39,052 nt of DNA from Planctomycetota bacterium (GCA_038231435.1 JBBRLJ010000047.1:1-39052), one strand, 5' to 3'; counted from the first letter of the stretch, positions 26,843-37,613 are shown. The notes: generated by a model from the sequence alone, not told the origin. A program made the numbers and translations.

Positions 26843-29203
26843 TCAGAACAGCGATTTGGGATCTTTCGCTCCCGCGTCGCCGGGCAGGGGCTCGGAGAGC
26901 TTGGCGGCGGCGAGATCGGCGCGGACCTTGTCGGCCATGGTGGCGCGCAGGGCGTCGAGCTGTGTGTCGCGGGCCGCAGCGTCGGCGTGCAGATCGACGC
27001 CCGCCGCGTCCTGTTCGAAACCGAACACCCAGCGCTGCTGCATGATCATCAGCGAGGCGAGATCGCAGATGCGCAGATCCGTGGCAAAGGGTCTCGGATC
27101 GGGCTTCTTCGGCTGGCGCGTCGCTTGGTCGAATTCCATGCTCTCGAGCGGCAGCAGCTGGTTGCCGACCTGGATCATCTTCCCAGCGGTGTTCACCCAG
27201 GCCGCTGGAATCGGACGCTTGTCGACGAGCAATGCGTAGAGGCCATAGCTGCGCACCGCGCGGCCAGCCTGGCCCTGATCCTGATCGCTGGACCACGAGT
27301 TCTCTGAAACCAGCGTCAGCGCGCCGCTCATGTCGTAGTCTCCGCCGCCGAGCGCGCCGATGGCCGCGGGCGCCAGCTGGCCGTCGAGCGTCCCGGAAAC
27401 CAACGCGAGTTCGCGCTGCGCGTGCGCCTGGCTGGGAAGATGCATCAGCAGCGACATCGTCGTCGAGAGCTCGGGCAGCTCGGCGTCCTCGATGTGGGGG
27501 CGCTTGCACACCTCCTCGAGCAGCTCGTCGAATGCCTGCATGTCGCCGCTCTTCGCCCGCCACGCCACCAGCACGACCCGCAGCGGCCCCTTCAAGGGCA
27601 GCGCCTTCATCCGAGCGGCGATGCCCTCGTGCTTGTCGGCGAGGCGCAGGATCGCCACCAGCGCCTGCTGGTCGGCGGCGCCGGGGGGATGCGTCTCCCA
27701 GTGCTTGGCGATGGCGTCCAGGAGCGCCGCCCGCTCATCGGGCTTGGCGTTAGATATGACGGCGGCCGCGGATTGCAGCGGCATGATGGTGAGCAGCTCC
27801 TGCCGCAACACCGGCAGTTTCTTGCCCTTCTGCGCCGCCCACCACGTCTGCAGCGCGCTGGCGTCGGCCTTGCGCTCCTCGTCGGTCCAGACCGCTTCGA
27901 TGTCCCGGCCGATGCACACGCGCGGATCCACTCCCAGCAGCTGCGAGATCGCCCGCAAGGCGTTGTCGCCGACCGAGCGCACCAGTCCGTATTCCATCCA
28001 GCGCGAGGCGTGGTCGTCAGCGAGCAGCGCGAACAGGCCGTCGAGATCCGTATCGCGGATGACCGGCTTGGGCTTGGCATCGGTGGCATCAGTGGCAGCC
28101 GCGGCGGTCGGGTCGGTGGTCGTGACCTGAACCTCGGAAAGCTCGGTGGTCTCGGTGGTCTCGGACATGCCTTCGTCCGGCATCTCGAATTCCTGCTCAT
28201 CCTGTGGGCTCAGGCGCCCGCCAGACCACGAGGCGACGCGCGCGGGGAGATTGGCGGCGGGATCCGGCTTGGGCGGAAGCGCGGCGCGGGTGGCGCGCAT
28301 GGCGATCTGGACCTTGGCCGTGGCCAGGTCGGCGGCATCGACGAGCGCGAGGACTCCATCGCGGAGCTTCTTGATCTCCTCGGGATCCTTGGAGCGGTCG
28401 GCCTGCGCCAGCAGGCGGGAGCTGAAGCCATCACCGAGCCACGCGGTCTCCTTCGGAACCGACACCGGCTCGGGCTTGCCGTCCATCATGCGCCGGCCCC
28501 GCGACATCAGGGGGCGCGGTTTCCACATGCCGCCGAAGGTCGGGATCGCCGCCATGATCAGCGGCAGGGCCCGCTCGACGGACGGCACGCCACCGCGCTC
28601 GAGGACGGCGATCGCCACCCCGGCCGAACCAGCGTCGCCCGCGCCCATGGCCATCAGCAAGGGCAGATAATCGAGTCCCGCGCGCACCCGCGGCCGGTCC
28701 GCCTCCTGCATCATTCCCAGGAATTCCTCCAGATGCCCATCGACCTGGTCTACTTGGGTCGCGAGTTGCGCCTTCACCGCTGCCAGGAGCTCCGCCGCGG
28801 GAACCTCCTTGGCCCCGCTCGGGTCGACGGTGCCATCGGCTGCGGTCACCACCGTGCTCAGGCCGATCATCCAGCGGCCATCGGCGAGCCGGGCGTGGAC
28901 CTGGGAGTACATCGCCAGTTCGGCGGCCTGATTGCGCGAGTTCTCGCCATCCTTGGCCTCGGGCGGTGTGATCTTGAGCGGACCGACGAAGAAGACCGCG
29001 CCCCGTCCGTCGGGTATGCCAAGGGCGACCGCGCGATCGAGGAGCTCGTCGATGGCTTTGATCTGTTCGGCCGGCATCACCCACGTCTCGACCGGTGCCT
29101 TGGCGTGCGCATCGCCGGCCTCGGCGGCTTCCGCGGCCTCGGCGACGAAGGAGAACGGGGCGGGGGCCAGTGCGATGAGCAGCAGCGCGGAGGATAGTCG
29201 CAT
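26843..29203 (-). CDS. Hypothetical exported protein (~786 aa), largely helical
   Basis: Long ORF with typical codon bias and signal peptide MRLSSALLLIALAP...AEA. No family recognised. Confidence 0.75.
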   Translation of the reverse strand: MRLSSALLLIALAPAPFSFVAEAAEAAEAGDAHAKAPVETWVMPAEQIKAIDELLDRAVALGIPDGRGAVFFVGPLKITPPEAKDGENSRNQAAELAMYSQVHARLADGRWMIGLSTVVTAADGTVDPSGAKEVPAAELLAAVKAQLATQVDQVDGHLEEFLGMMQEADRPRVRAGLDYLPLLMAMGAGDAGSAGVAIAVLERGGVPSVERALPLIMAAIPTFGGMWKPRPLMSRGRRMMDGKPEPVSVPKETAWLGDGFSSRLLAQADRSKDPEEIKKLRDGVLALVDAADLATAKVQIAMRATRAALPPKPDPAANLPARVASWSGGRLSPQDEQEFEMPDEGMSETTETTELSEVQVTTTDPTAAAATDATDAKPKPVIRDTDLDGLFALLADDHASRWMEYGLVRSVGDNALRAISQLLGVDPRVCIGRDIEAVWTDEERKADASALQTWWAAQKGKKLPVLRQELLTIMPLQSAAAVISNAKPDERAALLDAIAKHWETHPPGAADQQALVAILRLADKHEGIAARMKALPLKGPLRVVLVAWRAKSGDMQAFDELLEEVCKRPHIEDAELPELSTTMSLLMHLPSQAHAQRELALVSGTLDGQLAPAAIGALGGGDYDMSGALTLVSENSWSSDQDQGQAGRAVRSYGLYALLVDKRPIPAAWVNTAGKMIQVGNQLLPLESMEFDQATRQPKKPDPRPFATDLRICDLASLMIMQQRWVFGFEQDAAGVDLHADAAARDTQLDALRATMADKVRADLAAAKLSEPLPGDAGAKDPKSLF

Positions 29204-29453
29204 GGGTCTACCAATAGCGACTCGCCCCCGGGTATGAAGTCGGGAATGCCGCGCAGGCATTGGCAACGTCATGGCACGATTGGCACGCTCTTTGGCCGGA
29301 GCATTGCGCCGCACCGAGCACCCATGATTCGAGGATCATGAACTAGGTGTCCGTGCGGATCTTGACGATGTCGGCGTTAGTTCCGCGCATGGACACTTCC
29401 GAGGCGATCACCCATGATGGACTCGCCCTCTCTCCCCATGGCGGACACCATCC

Positions 29454-30386
29454 ATGACAGCTACCGCACAACGAGCACGCTTACCAGTGTCGGGAAATCC
29501 GATCATCGACGGCTGGTATGCCGACCCGGAACTGCATCTGTTCGATGGCTGCTTCTGGCTGTATCCGACGTGCTCGAAGCCGTTCGATGAACAGACCACC
29601 TTCGATGCGTTCTCGTCGCCCGACCTGGTGATCTGGACGAGGCACCCGCGCATCCTCGATTTCGCGGACGTGCCATGGTCGACCAACCGCGCGGCTTGGG
29701 CGCCGTCATGCGCGCGGCGCGATGGCCGCTATTATTTCTATTTCTCGGCCGGCGATGGCGCCGGGCTCGGGGTCGCGATCGCGGATTCGCCAGCCGGTCC
29801 GTTCGCCGATGCGCTAGGCAAACCCCTGGTCGGGCAATACCCGCACGGGGCGCAGCCCATCGACGCGCATTGCTTCATCGACGACGATGGCGAGGCCTAT
29901 CTCTACTTCGGCGGGCACCGTCGGGCGGTGGTGGCGCGCCTCGCCGCCGACATGACGTCGTTCGTCGGCGATTTCATCGACATCACGCCGGAGAACTACG
30001 TCGAGGGACCCTTCATGCTCAAGCGCGGGGGACGCTACTACTTCATGTGGTCGGAAGGCAACTGGTCGACCGACACCTATTGCGCGGCATACGCGATCGC
30101 CGACTCGCCGTTCGGGCCATTCGTCCGGGCTGGCACGATCCTGCGCAATGATCCGCTCATCGCCTCCGCGGCGGGTCACCACTCGGTGATCGCGCTCCCC
30201 GACGGTGACGAGCACCTCATCGCCTACCACCGTCGGCCACTCGGCCTGAGCGACGAGAACCAGCGCGTGGTGTGCCTCGATCGCATGCTGTTCAACGACG
30301 ATGGCTCGATCGCGCCGGTGCGCATGACCAACGCCGGAGTCGGCTCTCGACGGATCGGGTCGGCGGGACGCGGCGCGGGCGGGTGA
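29454..30386 (+). CDS. Glycoside hydrolase family 43 protein
   Basis: NPIIDGWYADP, WAP, IDA, VEGP and GHHS catalytic-region motifs. No obvious signal peptide. Confidence 0.92.
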   Translation: MTATAQRARLPVSGNPIIDGWYADPELHLFDGCFWLYPTCSKPFDEQTTFDAFSSPDLVIWTRHPRILDFADVPWSTNRAAWAPSCARRDGRYYFYFSAGDGAGLGVAIADSPAGPFADALGKPLVGQYPHGAQPIDAHCFIDDDGEAYLYFGGHRRAVVARLAADMTSFVGDFIDITPENYVEGPFMLKRGGRYYFMWSEGNWSTDTYCAAYAIADSPFGPFVRAGTILRNDPLIASAAGHHSVIALPDGDEHLIAYHRRPLGLSDENQRVVCLDRMLFNDDGSIAPVRMTNAGVGSRRIGSAGRGAGG

Positions 30387-30428
30387 TGGACGTTCCCGGA
30401 GACGGCGAGCGTCGCGACCGCCCGCGCG

Positions 30429-31190
30429 CTACCGGCTGCGCAGCTTGGACAGCAGGCGCAGGATCTCGAAGTACAGCCAGATCAGCGTCACCAGCAAGCC
30501 GATGGCCGCGACCCATTCCATGTGCTTGGGCAGGCCCTGCTGCGAACCGCGTTCGATGAAGGCGAAATCGACCACCAGGTTCAGGGCCGCGAGGGTGACG
30601 CAGACGACGCTGAAGCCGATCCCGATCGGCCCGTTGCCGTACAGGCTGGCCACCAATCCGCCGCCGATCCCGAACATGCTCAGCAGCCACATGATGCCGA
30701 TCCCGATCACCAGGCCGAAAGTAGCCGCCATCACTCCGCGGATGAATCCGTTCGAGGCCTTGATGATGCCGGTGCGGTAGAGCAGCAGCATCGCGAGCAG
30801 GGTCGCGACGGTGAAGCACGCCGCGATCAGCGGCAGGCCGGGATACTTCGCCTCGACCAGCATGGTCACGCCGCCGAGGACCAGGCCTTCGGCGATCGCA
30901 TAGACGCCGCCGGTGACCATTGCGAAGCGCGGTACGAACGAGTTGATGATCACCGCGAGGAATCCGACGATGCCGCCGCCGATCAGGAACGGGATGAAAC
31001 GCGCCGGCTCGATGTTGCCGCGGTTCCAGAAGGCCATCCACATCCAGCCGATGGTGAGCATCAGCAGGGCGAGCAGCACGCCGGTCTTGGCGATGGTGCC
31101 GTTGACCGTCATGGTGGTGGAGACCGAGGCACCGCGATCGGCGTCGCGCAATTTCGACCAGTAGGTGTCGTTGAGGACCGGGTTGCTCAT
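30429..31190 (-). CDS. Bax inhibitor-1/YccA-like membrane protein
   Basis: SNPVL, MTVNGTIAKT, YAIAEG, about 7 TM helices, LVVDF.FIE and EW..AIGLLVTLIWLYFEILRLL. GGAG RBS before ATG 31190. Confidence 0.9.
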   Translation of the reverse strand: MSNPVLNDTYWSKLRDADRGASVSTTMTVNGTIAKTGVLLALLMLTIGWMWMAFWNRGNIEPARFIPFLIGGGIVGFLAVIINSFVPRFAMVTGGVYAIAEGLVLGGVTMLVEAKYPGLPLIAACFTVATLLAMLLLYRTGIIKASNGFIRGVMAATFGLVIGIGIMWLLSMFGIGGGLVASLYGNGPIGIGFSVVCVTLAALNLVVDFAFIERGSQQGLPKHMEWVAAIGLLVTLIWLYFEILRLLSKLRSR

Positions 31191-31311
31191 CGGCTGACTC
31201 CAGCCCCAAGCATCGGTTCGAGGGCCGCTCGGCAATCGGCGAATGCCGTACCTTTGGCCCGCCCGGAGCGTGGCGACCGCGAGGTTACTTCCCTCCGCCG
31301 AAATCGCGGAA

Positions 31312-32508
31312 CTACTTGATCAGCAGCGCTGAGAGCACCTGGGCATAGAGGCGATGTCCGAAATCGTTCGGATGATTGACGCCATTGCCGGTGACGTCGC
31401 GGTGGCTCTTCACTTTCAGCATATCGTTCCACAGGCTGGTGACGTCGGCCAGGGCGATGCCGGGGCCGCAAAGCTTGGCGAGCTCGTCGCGATAGACTGG
31501 GAAGCGCGTCACGTCCATCAGCGTCCATTCGCCGTTGCCCGGGAACGATGCGACCAGGATGAACTCCGTCTCCGGCAGAGCGGCGCGCACGCCGTCGATC
31601 TGGGCCTTGGTGGCCGCGCTGAAGGCCGGCCCGCTGGCTCCGCCCGCGGCATCGTTCATGCCGAAGGCGATGATCATCAGATCGGGCTTGGCCAGGACCA
31701 TGTCCTTGACCACCGAGGCGCCCCAACTGGCGGTCTGTCCACTGACGGAACGGTTCTCGAACGCGATATCGGTGCCGTATGCCTGACGCAGCGACTCGAT
31801 GAACAGCTCGCCGTATGCGGGCTGGAATGGCGGCAATCCGATCAGCTTCGAGGCGTTGCAGCCGACCGAGATGCTGTCGCCGAGCAGCACCACGTGCAGC
31901 GGTTTGCGAGCCTGCAACCGGGCCATGGTGCGCGGCAGCTGCGCGCCGGCGAAGGCCGGGGTCGAACCCTTCCAGGCATCGGCGGCGTGCGTGTAGGTGA
32001 CGACCACCTGCATGTCCTGCCATTCGAGCTTGCCGCCGTACATGACCTCGCCGCTGCCGTCGCGACGCGTCAACGCGAACTGCTGCGTCCCCGGCTTGAC
32101 GGTCAGCCTGGCCGGATCGATCAGCGGGATCGCAGAGCCCTTGGGGATCGTCAGCGCGGCGACGCCGGCGGTGAAGGCGTAGTCGCGGCCCGCCTTGTAG
32201 ATCTTGTCGCCGGACGAGCTCGAGACGGCGATGATCTTCTCGGGCGTGAACAGCAGCGGCAGCGACAGCTCGTGGCCGTCGGCCGGACGCACTGGCAGCA
32301 CGCTCTCTCCATACATGGTCTTCGAACGCCAGAAGGGTTTCATCATGGTCTGATCGTACTTCCAGGAATCCACCGCCTCGGCCCGCGAGATCCACGGACC
32401 AGCGAGGGTGAGGACGAGGGCGAGGGCGAGGCCCGCCGCGCATGCGAGCGACGATTCCCGTGTCGATGCGCCCGCGTTCCGATCGGAGTGGCTGCGAGCA
32501 GGCATCAT
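31312..32508 (-). CDS. Exported SGNH/GDSL hydrolase
   Basis: LGDSIS block I, SVSG block II, FGMND block III, GVNHPNDFGH block V. Hydrophobic signal segment; start uncertain. Confidence 0.9.
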   Translation of the reverse strand: MMPARSHSDRNAGASTRESSLACAAGLALALVLTLAGPWISRAEAVDSWKYDQTMMKPFWRSKTMYGESVLPVRPADGHELSLPLLFTPEKIIAVSSSSGDKIYKAGRDYAFTAGVAALTIPKGSAIPLIDPARLTVKPGTQQFALTRRDGSGEVMYGGKLEWQDMQVVVTYTHAADAWKGSTPAFAGAQLPRTMARLQARKPLHVVLLGDSISVGCNASKLIGLPPFQPAYGELFIESLRQAYGTDIAFENRSVSGQTASWGASVVKDMVLAKPDLMIIAFGMNDAAGGASGPAFSAATKAQIDGVRAALPETEFILVASFPGNGEWTLMDVTRFPVYRDELAKLCGPGIALADVTSLWNDMLKVKSHRDVTGNGVNHPNDFGHRLYAQVLSALLIK

Positions 32509-32693
32509 GCGGTCATGATGGAGAACGCGGATGATCGCCAAGCCGGAATCGGACCTCCGTGAGCTGGTGCGTGAGAAGGACGCGCACCACCGCGATCGTC
32601 CATGCGGCAGGTTGGAAACATCCATGTCGAGAACCGTTTCGCCGGCACCGAGGTCTCCGATTGCCCAGCCCGGTCGGATCCGAAGCTGCGGAC

Positions 32694-34085
32694 ATGCCCG
32701 CCCTGCGCACGTACTGCAACCCCCTCTCGCTCCCGGGTTCCAAATCGAGATCCCTCGCCGATCCCGCCGTGATCCGCCACGATGGCGCCTGGTACCTGTT
32801 CGTGTCGTGGGATCAGGCCTGGGTGTCGCGCGACCTGGCGAGCTGGGAATACCATCCGGTGGAGATCCCGGTGGAGGTCGTCGGGCCGGCGCTGTTCGAG
32901 CGTGACGGCATGTTCTACCTGTCCGGCAACGGCGGGATCGGCATGTGGCGCGCGCCGCATCCGCTCGGCCCGTGGGTGCATCTCGGGGACATCCTCGACA
33001 GCCGCGGCGAGAAGGCGTGGTGGGCGGACGTGATGTTCTTCGAGGACGACGACCGCACGCTGTATTGCTACCATCACAGCGGCTCGGGCATCGGCACCGA
33101 CGGCGTCTTCGTCACTCCGCTCGACCCGATCTCTGGCTTCACGCGCGCGACCGCGCCCACGCGGCAATGCTTCGGCCACGTGCCGAGCCACCTCTGGGAG
33201 CGCTGGGGTGACCGCAACGAGCATGCGGACGTGGCGTGGATCGAGGCTTCGTGGATGACCAAGCATGCGGGCCGCTACCACCTGCAGTACTCAGGCGCCG
33301 GCACCGAATGGAATTCGTACGCCGTCGGGCTCTACACCGCCGACTCGCCCACCGGACCGTTCACGTACGACGAGCGCAGCCCGCTGCTGAAGAGCCGCGC
33401 GGGCCTGCTGCGCGGGCCGGGTCACCACGCCATCGTCGAGGGGCCAGATGGCGGACTGTGGTGTTTCTATCACGTGCTGATGCGCAACGACGACAAGCTC
33501 GACCGCCGCCTGGCGATGGATCCGGTCGGCTTCGACGCGGCGGGCAACATGCATGTCAGCGGTCCGAGCGCATCTCCGCGGCTGGTGCCCATGGCCCGTG
33601 TCCATGCTGCTGCTGCGGATGCGGATGCGGCCGAGCCCGGATGGCTGGCATTGTCAATCGACAAGGACATCACCGCCACCAGCTCGGCGCCGGGCCGCGA
33701 CGCCGCGTATGCGGTGGACGATCACGCGCGCACCTGGTGGCAGGCTGCAGACCTTCAGCTGCCGCAGAGCCTCGAGGTCGATCTCGCCGGCGCATTCACC
33801 GTGCACGCGGCGCGCATCATCCTGCGTGAACCCGGCCGCACCCGCGCACCCAGCCCGGCAACTGTCCCACGTAGAGCCGAAGGCTGCGTCTTCCGCATCG
33901 AGCTCTCGCACGATGGCACGACCTGGACCGTGGCGCACCAACACCTCGACCGCACCGACGACCGCGACATCCACTACGTCGAGATCGCCCCAACGCGCGC
34001 TCGGCGCGTGCGTCTGACCATCACCTCGACTCCGCCCGGATTGCCCGCCGCCGTCCTGGACCTGACCGTCTTCGGCCGCTCCTGA
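32694..34085 (+). CDS. GH43-family hydrolase with C-terminal F5/8 type C (CBM32-like) domain
   Basis: YCNP..LADP, WIEAS and GPGHHA. C-terminal ATSS..AVDD..RTWWQA..QSLEVDL..IELSHDGTTW..ARRVRLTIT. Confidence 0.87.
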   Translation: MPALRTYCNPLSLPGSKSRSLADPAVIRHDGAWYLFVSWDQAWVSRDLASWEYHPVEIPVEVVGPALFERDGMFYLSGNGGIGMWRAPHPLGPWVHLGDILDSRGEKAWWADVMFFEDDDRTLYCYHHSGSGIGTDGVFVTPLDPISGFTRATAPTRQCFGHVPSHLWERWGDRNEHADVAWIEASWMTKHAGRYHLQYSGAGTEWNSYAVGLYTADSPTGPFTYDERSPLLKSRAGLLRGPGHHAIVEGPDGGLWCFYHVLMRNDDKLDRRLAMDPVGFDAAGNMHVSGPSASPRLVPMARVHAAAADADAAEPGWLALSIDKDITATSSAPGRDAAYAVDDHARTWWQAADLQLPQSLEVDLAGAFTVHAARIILREPGRTRAPSPATVPRRAEGCVFRIELSHDGTTWTVAHQHLDRTDDRDIHYVEIAPTRARRVRLTITSTPPGLPAAVLDLTVFGRS

Positions 34086-34251
34086 CCAATCCCTGCCGAC
34101 AAAGAAATGTGATCAGGTTCCTCGACGAGGACCATGCTCGCGGGCGGCCAAGGCGCAGATGCCGCCGCGTGCCAGCCCGACGCGTAGATCGCGCTGAAGA
34201 CAAGCTAGAAGGAGGCAGCAGGCATCGCCCGCGAGCATGGTCGCAGTGAGA

Positions 34252-35070
34252 TCAGCGGACCCAGGCGCGCGTGGTTGAACCGATGCTCGGCGTGGTCATC
34301 GAGCCGTCCGACCCACCGTCATAGATGTTGTCGGGCGCGCTGCCGTCGGCGTCGGGATTGAGGAACACGTCGTTTGTCGGCGCCACGCCATCGAGGTTGG
34401 CCGTGGCCGGCGCGGTGACAGCGCCCGAGGTGCGCTTGATGTTGCCAACGTGGCCGTCGCCATAGCACGCCATCGCCACCAAGTGATGGCCATGACCAAG
34501 GATGCCGCGGTCAGCGGTGACCACGCGCATGGCCGCCGCCTGCACCGGCACCGACCAGTCGTAAGCGTAGCCCGGAGCGTCCTGGCTCGACAGGCTCGCG
34601 CCCACCGTCTGCGCCCAAACTGAGGTGCCGACATCGAAGCCGAGGTTGGTGGTCGACGCGGTCTTCGGGCGGTAGAGCGGCTCGGATGGACAGGCGAAGA
34701 CCTTCTGCGTCACTTCGCGGCCCGCCTGCGACGAAAGGAAGTCGAAGGTGCCGGTGACCGTGGCCAGATCGGAGGCTGGTGGAATCGCGGTATCAGCCGC
34801 GCCCGCGGTGGTGGTGGGTCGGATCGGCCAGACGCCATCGTTCTCGTGGGCGTACACCAGCATCGCCAGGACGATCTGTCGCTGGTTGTTGCCGCAGCTG
34901 CTCTTGCGCGCGGCCTCACGGACCATGCCGATCGCCGGCAGCAGCATGCCCGCGAGGATGGCGATGATGCTGATCACCACCAGGAGTTCGATGAGCGTAA
35001 ATCCCTGCCTGCCTGGATGACCGGATTGCCGATTGCTGAATGGTGCCATGTGTCGCTGTATGGTGATCAT
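34252..35070 (-). CDS. Prepilin-type N-terminal cleavage/methylation protein with H-X9-DG motif, paralog 2
   Basis: [25 protein letters not shown]-x-[23 protein letters not shown]. Start at 35070 or 35049. Confidence 0.92.
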   Translation of the reverse strand: MITIQRHMAPFSNRQSGHPGRQGFTLIELLVVISIIAILAGMLLPAIGMVREAARKSSCGNNQRQIVLAMLVYAHENDGVWPIRPTTTAGAADTAIPPASDLATVTGTFDFLSSQAGREVTQKVFACPSEPLYRPKTASTTNLGFDVGTSVWAQTVGASLSSQDAPGYAYDWSVPVQAAAMRVVTADRGILGHGHHLVAMACYGDGHVGNIKRTSGAVTAPATANLDGVAPTNDVFLNPDADGSAPDNIYDGGSDGSMTTPSIGSTTRAWVR

Positions 35071-35096
35071 ACACCGCGATCATCCGGCTCGGGGGG

Positions 35097-35133
35097 AAAA
35101 AAATCCAGGCCAGGGGTAACCCCTGGCCTGGAT
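35097..35133 (-). terminator. Intrinsic terminator between the two prepilin-like genes
   Basis: Perfect stem ATCCAGGCCAGGGG-TAA-CCCCTGGCCTGGAT followed on the minus strand by a run of seven T. Confidence 0.88.
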
Positions 35134-35162
35134 CGGAAACCATTCGGGTCTAAAGGATCGGA

Positions 35163-35954
35163 TCAGCGGACCCAAGAGCGGGTTGACGAGCCATTGCCAG
35201 CGCCAGGGGTGGCGTTGTCGTCGTCTTTGCCGTCATAGACATTGTCTGTCGTCGAGCCATTCGCGTCGGGATTGAGGTATGCGAAGCTCGGGGTGGATCC
35301 GTCGATGTTCAGCGTCACCGGGGGGGCCGGAGGAGTGCTCGCCTGCTTAAGATTGCTGACATGTCCATCGCCGAAGCACGCCATTACCACCTTGCGATGT
35401 GCTTTGCTGATCACGCCACGGTCGGCAGTGACGCAACGCATCGAATTCGCGTTGGTCGGAACGCCGGTATCGTAGCAATAGCCGGGCGTAGCCTGGATGT
35501 TGGCCGCCTGGGTGATCGCCCACACCGAGGGTGTCGCTGCGGTGCTGTAATCGAGATTGGCCGTGCAGCCCTGCTGGGGCTTGTAGGTCGGCTCCGATGG
35601 GCAGGAGAAGACCTTGGCGGGCATTTCTTTGCCAGTCTGCGCCGACAGGAAGTCGAAGGTGCCGACGGTCCAGCTGAGCGCCACGGCGACACTGGCAGGG
35701 ATTGATGCGGGATCGGCGAGACCGCTGCTGAGGGTCGGACGCACCGGCCAGAGGCCGTCGTTCTCATTCGCGTAGACCAGCATGGCCAAGACGATCTGGC
35801 GCTGGTTGTTGCCGCAGCTGCTCTTGCGAGCCGCTTCACGGACCATGTTGATGGCTGGCAGGAGCATGCCGGCCAGGATGGCGATGATGGAAATCACCAC
35901 CAGGAGCTCGATCAGGGTGAAACCCTGTCGGCGGATGGATGAAGAAGAATGCAT
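35163..35954 (-). CDS. Prepilin-type N-terminal cleavage/methylation protein with H-X9-DG motif, paralog 1
   Basis: [59 protein letters not shown]. Confidence 0.93.
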   Translation of the reverse strand: MHSSSSIRRQGFTLIELLVVISIIAILAGMLLPAINMVREAARKSSCGNNQRQIVLAMLVYANENDGLWPVRPTLSSGLADPASIPASVAVALSWTVGTFDFLSAQTGKEMPAKVFSCPSEPTYKPQQGCTANLDYSTAATPSVWAITQAANIQATPGYCYDTGVPTNANSMRCVTADRGVISKAHRKVVMACFGDGHVSNLKQASTPPAPPVTLNIDGSTPSFAYLNPDANGSTTDNVYDGKDDDNATPGAGNGSSTRSWVR

Positions 35955-36165
35955 GGGCGCCTCCGTAAGGAATGGCGTGGATAAATTCGGCCGAATGGAA
36001 TGGATATGGCCGGACCCCACGACTCTAGAGCCGCCACGGTCGAGGCAATTCCGAAGCGACACATGTGGATGAAGGTGCCTCAGTGACCGCAACGGTTGCA
36101 TCACTTTAGGGCTATTCCCCTCCATGGCCACTGCGCTTGAGGCATCCCATGCGTTCATAAACGAC

Positions 36166-36190
36166 GAACCACGGACAAAGTCCGTGGTTC
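36166..36190 (-). terminator. Hairpin downstream of exbD, possible terminator
   Basis: Perfect 11-bp stem GAACCACGGAC-AAA-GTCCGTGGTTC; the T-tract is weak (GTCGTTT). Confidence 0.5.
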
Positions 36191-36226
36191 AGCTCGTTCC
36201 CACCCCACCCTTCCCGTTTCTTCCCA

Positions 36227-36277
36227 GGGGGCAGCGCGGAGCGCGATGTTGGGGGGCCGTAGCCCCCCAACCGACAG
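36227..36277 (-). repeat. Dispersed REP/MITE-like hairpin element, copy 2 (short form)
   Basis: GGGGGCAGCGCGGAGCGCGATGTTGGGGGGCCGTAGCCCCCCAACCGACAG abuts the exbD stop codon. Internal stem GTTGGGGGGC/GCCCCCCAAC. Confidence 0.75.
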
Positions 36278-36973
36278 TCACTTTGCGTTCACGATCTCGA
36301 ACAGCTCCTCGCCCAGCTCCTTCGCGCTGTAGTCGCGGATGCGCGGCGGCGCGAAATCGACTTCGCGCGCATCGTCGAAATCGGTCGGCTTGCCGGTCGA
36401 CTTGCGGCCGGTGATGCCGCCCTCGTAGCCACGGCAGGCGTCGTACGCGACCAGGGCGAACATCCAGGACATGCCGGAGAAGCATTGGATGGTGATCGGC
36501 GCCTGGGCCTTGCGGTCGGCGGCATTGCCGACCTCGAACTTGGCGAGGTTCTCCTTGATGTACTGGTGCACCATGTTGACCGAGGTCTGCATCTGTTCGC
36601 TGTTCTTGGTGTGCAGCATGCTGCCGTCGAGCTCGATCGGGTCGGCGCTGCCGATGCGGATCCACGCCTTCGGGATCACGTTGATGGCGGCGGGCTGCAT
36701 CTCATGCAGCTGCGCGAAATACTGCGAGGGCTGTCCGCCCTTCTGCAGGCCGGCCGGGTAGATGCAGATGCTGACCTGCTGCGGCGGCTCGACGGTCTTC
36801 TGCTTGGTCGCGGCCTGGCCCTTGTCGGTGGGCAGCAGGCTCGAGATGGTCTTCTCCTCGGACGTGAACTTCGTCGTCAGGATGAAGAACAGCAGCAGGA
36901 GCATGATGCAGTCGATCATCGGCACTAGGTCGAGCTTGCCTTCTGCGATACGATCATCTGCTGCTTCGGCCAT
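36278..36973 (-). CDS. exbD: ExbD/TolR-family biopolymer transport protein (long form)
   Basis: LDLVPMIDCIMLLLLFFILTTKF TM helix with the conserved Asp, downstream of exbB. Confidence 0.85.
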   Translation of the reverse strand: MAEAADDRIAEGKLDLVPMIDCIMLLLLFFILTTKFTSEEKTISSLLPTDKGQAATKQKTVEPPQQVSICIYPAGLQKGGQPSQYFAQLHEMQPAAINVIPKAWIRIGSADPIELDGSMLHTKNSEQMQTSVNMVHQYIKENLAKFEVGNAADRKAQAPITIQCFSGMSWMFALVAYDACRGYEGGITGRKSTGKPTDFDDAREVDFAPPRIRDYSAKELGEELFEIVNAK

Positions 36974-37028
36974 GGGATATCCTCGAGCGGTCTGAGTTAC
37001 GGACTGGATGCCGGGAACGGAGCCGGGG

Positions 37029-37613
37029 TCACTTGTCTTCGGGGCGGCGGGTCGTGAAGTCGAGATTGACGAAGCAGCGCGCGGTCTTCGGGTCGAGGCC
37101 CTTCTTTGGCTGCATGTTCGTGAGATCGAGCGTGTCGGTCAGGACCTGCTGGATCTCTTGGACGACGCGGTATTCGGTGTCGGCATCCGCGCGGATCTCG
37201 ATGATCACCTTGGGCAAACGCATGCCGGAAGGTTTCGGGTCATCGTACTTCTCAGCTTTGTCATAGACCGAATCGAGGATGGCCCGCAGTCCTTGGTATC
37301 CCGAGTAGTCGTTCACGCCCTGCGACTTGAAGTCGTGGGTGCCGATACGGATGGTGTTGCGCGGCGGATCGCCGTGCTGGGTCGAGCCGAAGACGTTGAT
37401 GATCTCGCGGCTCCAGCCCTCGGGATCCTTGAACTTCGCGGCGGTCTTGGTCGGCGGCACCGTGATCTGCTCGGTGCGCTGATCCATGGTGATGCGACCG
37501 CAGAGCATGAAGAACAGCAGCATCAGGAAGACGCAGTCGATCATGGGGACGAGATCGATCTCGGCGTCCGCATGGTTCATCGGCCTCTTCGACTTCTTTC
37601 CGAAACCAGCCAT
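37029..37613 (-). CDS. exbD: ExbD/TolR-family biopolymer transport protein
   Basis: IDLVPMIDCVFLMLLFFM TM helix and IEIRADADTEYRVV. Confidence 0.9.
   Translation of the reverse strand: MAGFGKKSKRPMNHADAEIDLVPMIDCVFLMLLFFMLCGRITMDQRTEQITVPPTKTAAKFKDPEGWSREIINVFGSTQHGDPPRNTIRIGTHDFKSQGVNDYSGYQGLRAILDSVYDKAEKYDDPKPSGMRLPKVIIEIRADADTEYRVVQEIQQVLTDTLDLTNMQPKKGLDPKTARCFVNLDFTTRRPEDK

Noticed and set aside
29272..29297. Sigma-54 promoter (TGGCACG twice)
   Set aside because: The -12 element reads TTGG rather than TTGC, and there is no supporting activator context.
35976..36072. DnaA boxes / replication origin (CGTGGATAA, TGTGGATGA)
   Set aside because: Only two imperfect matches, with no box cluster or AT-rich unwinding element.
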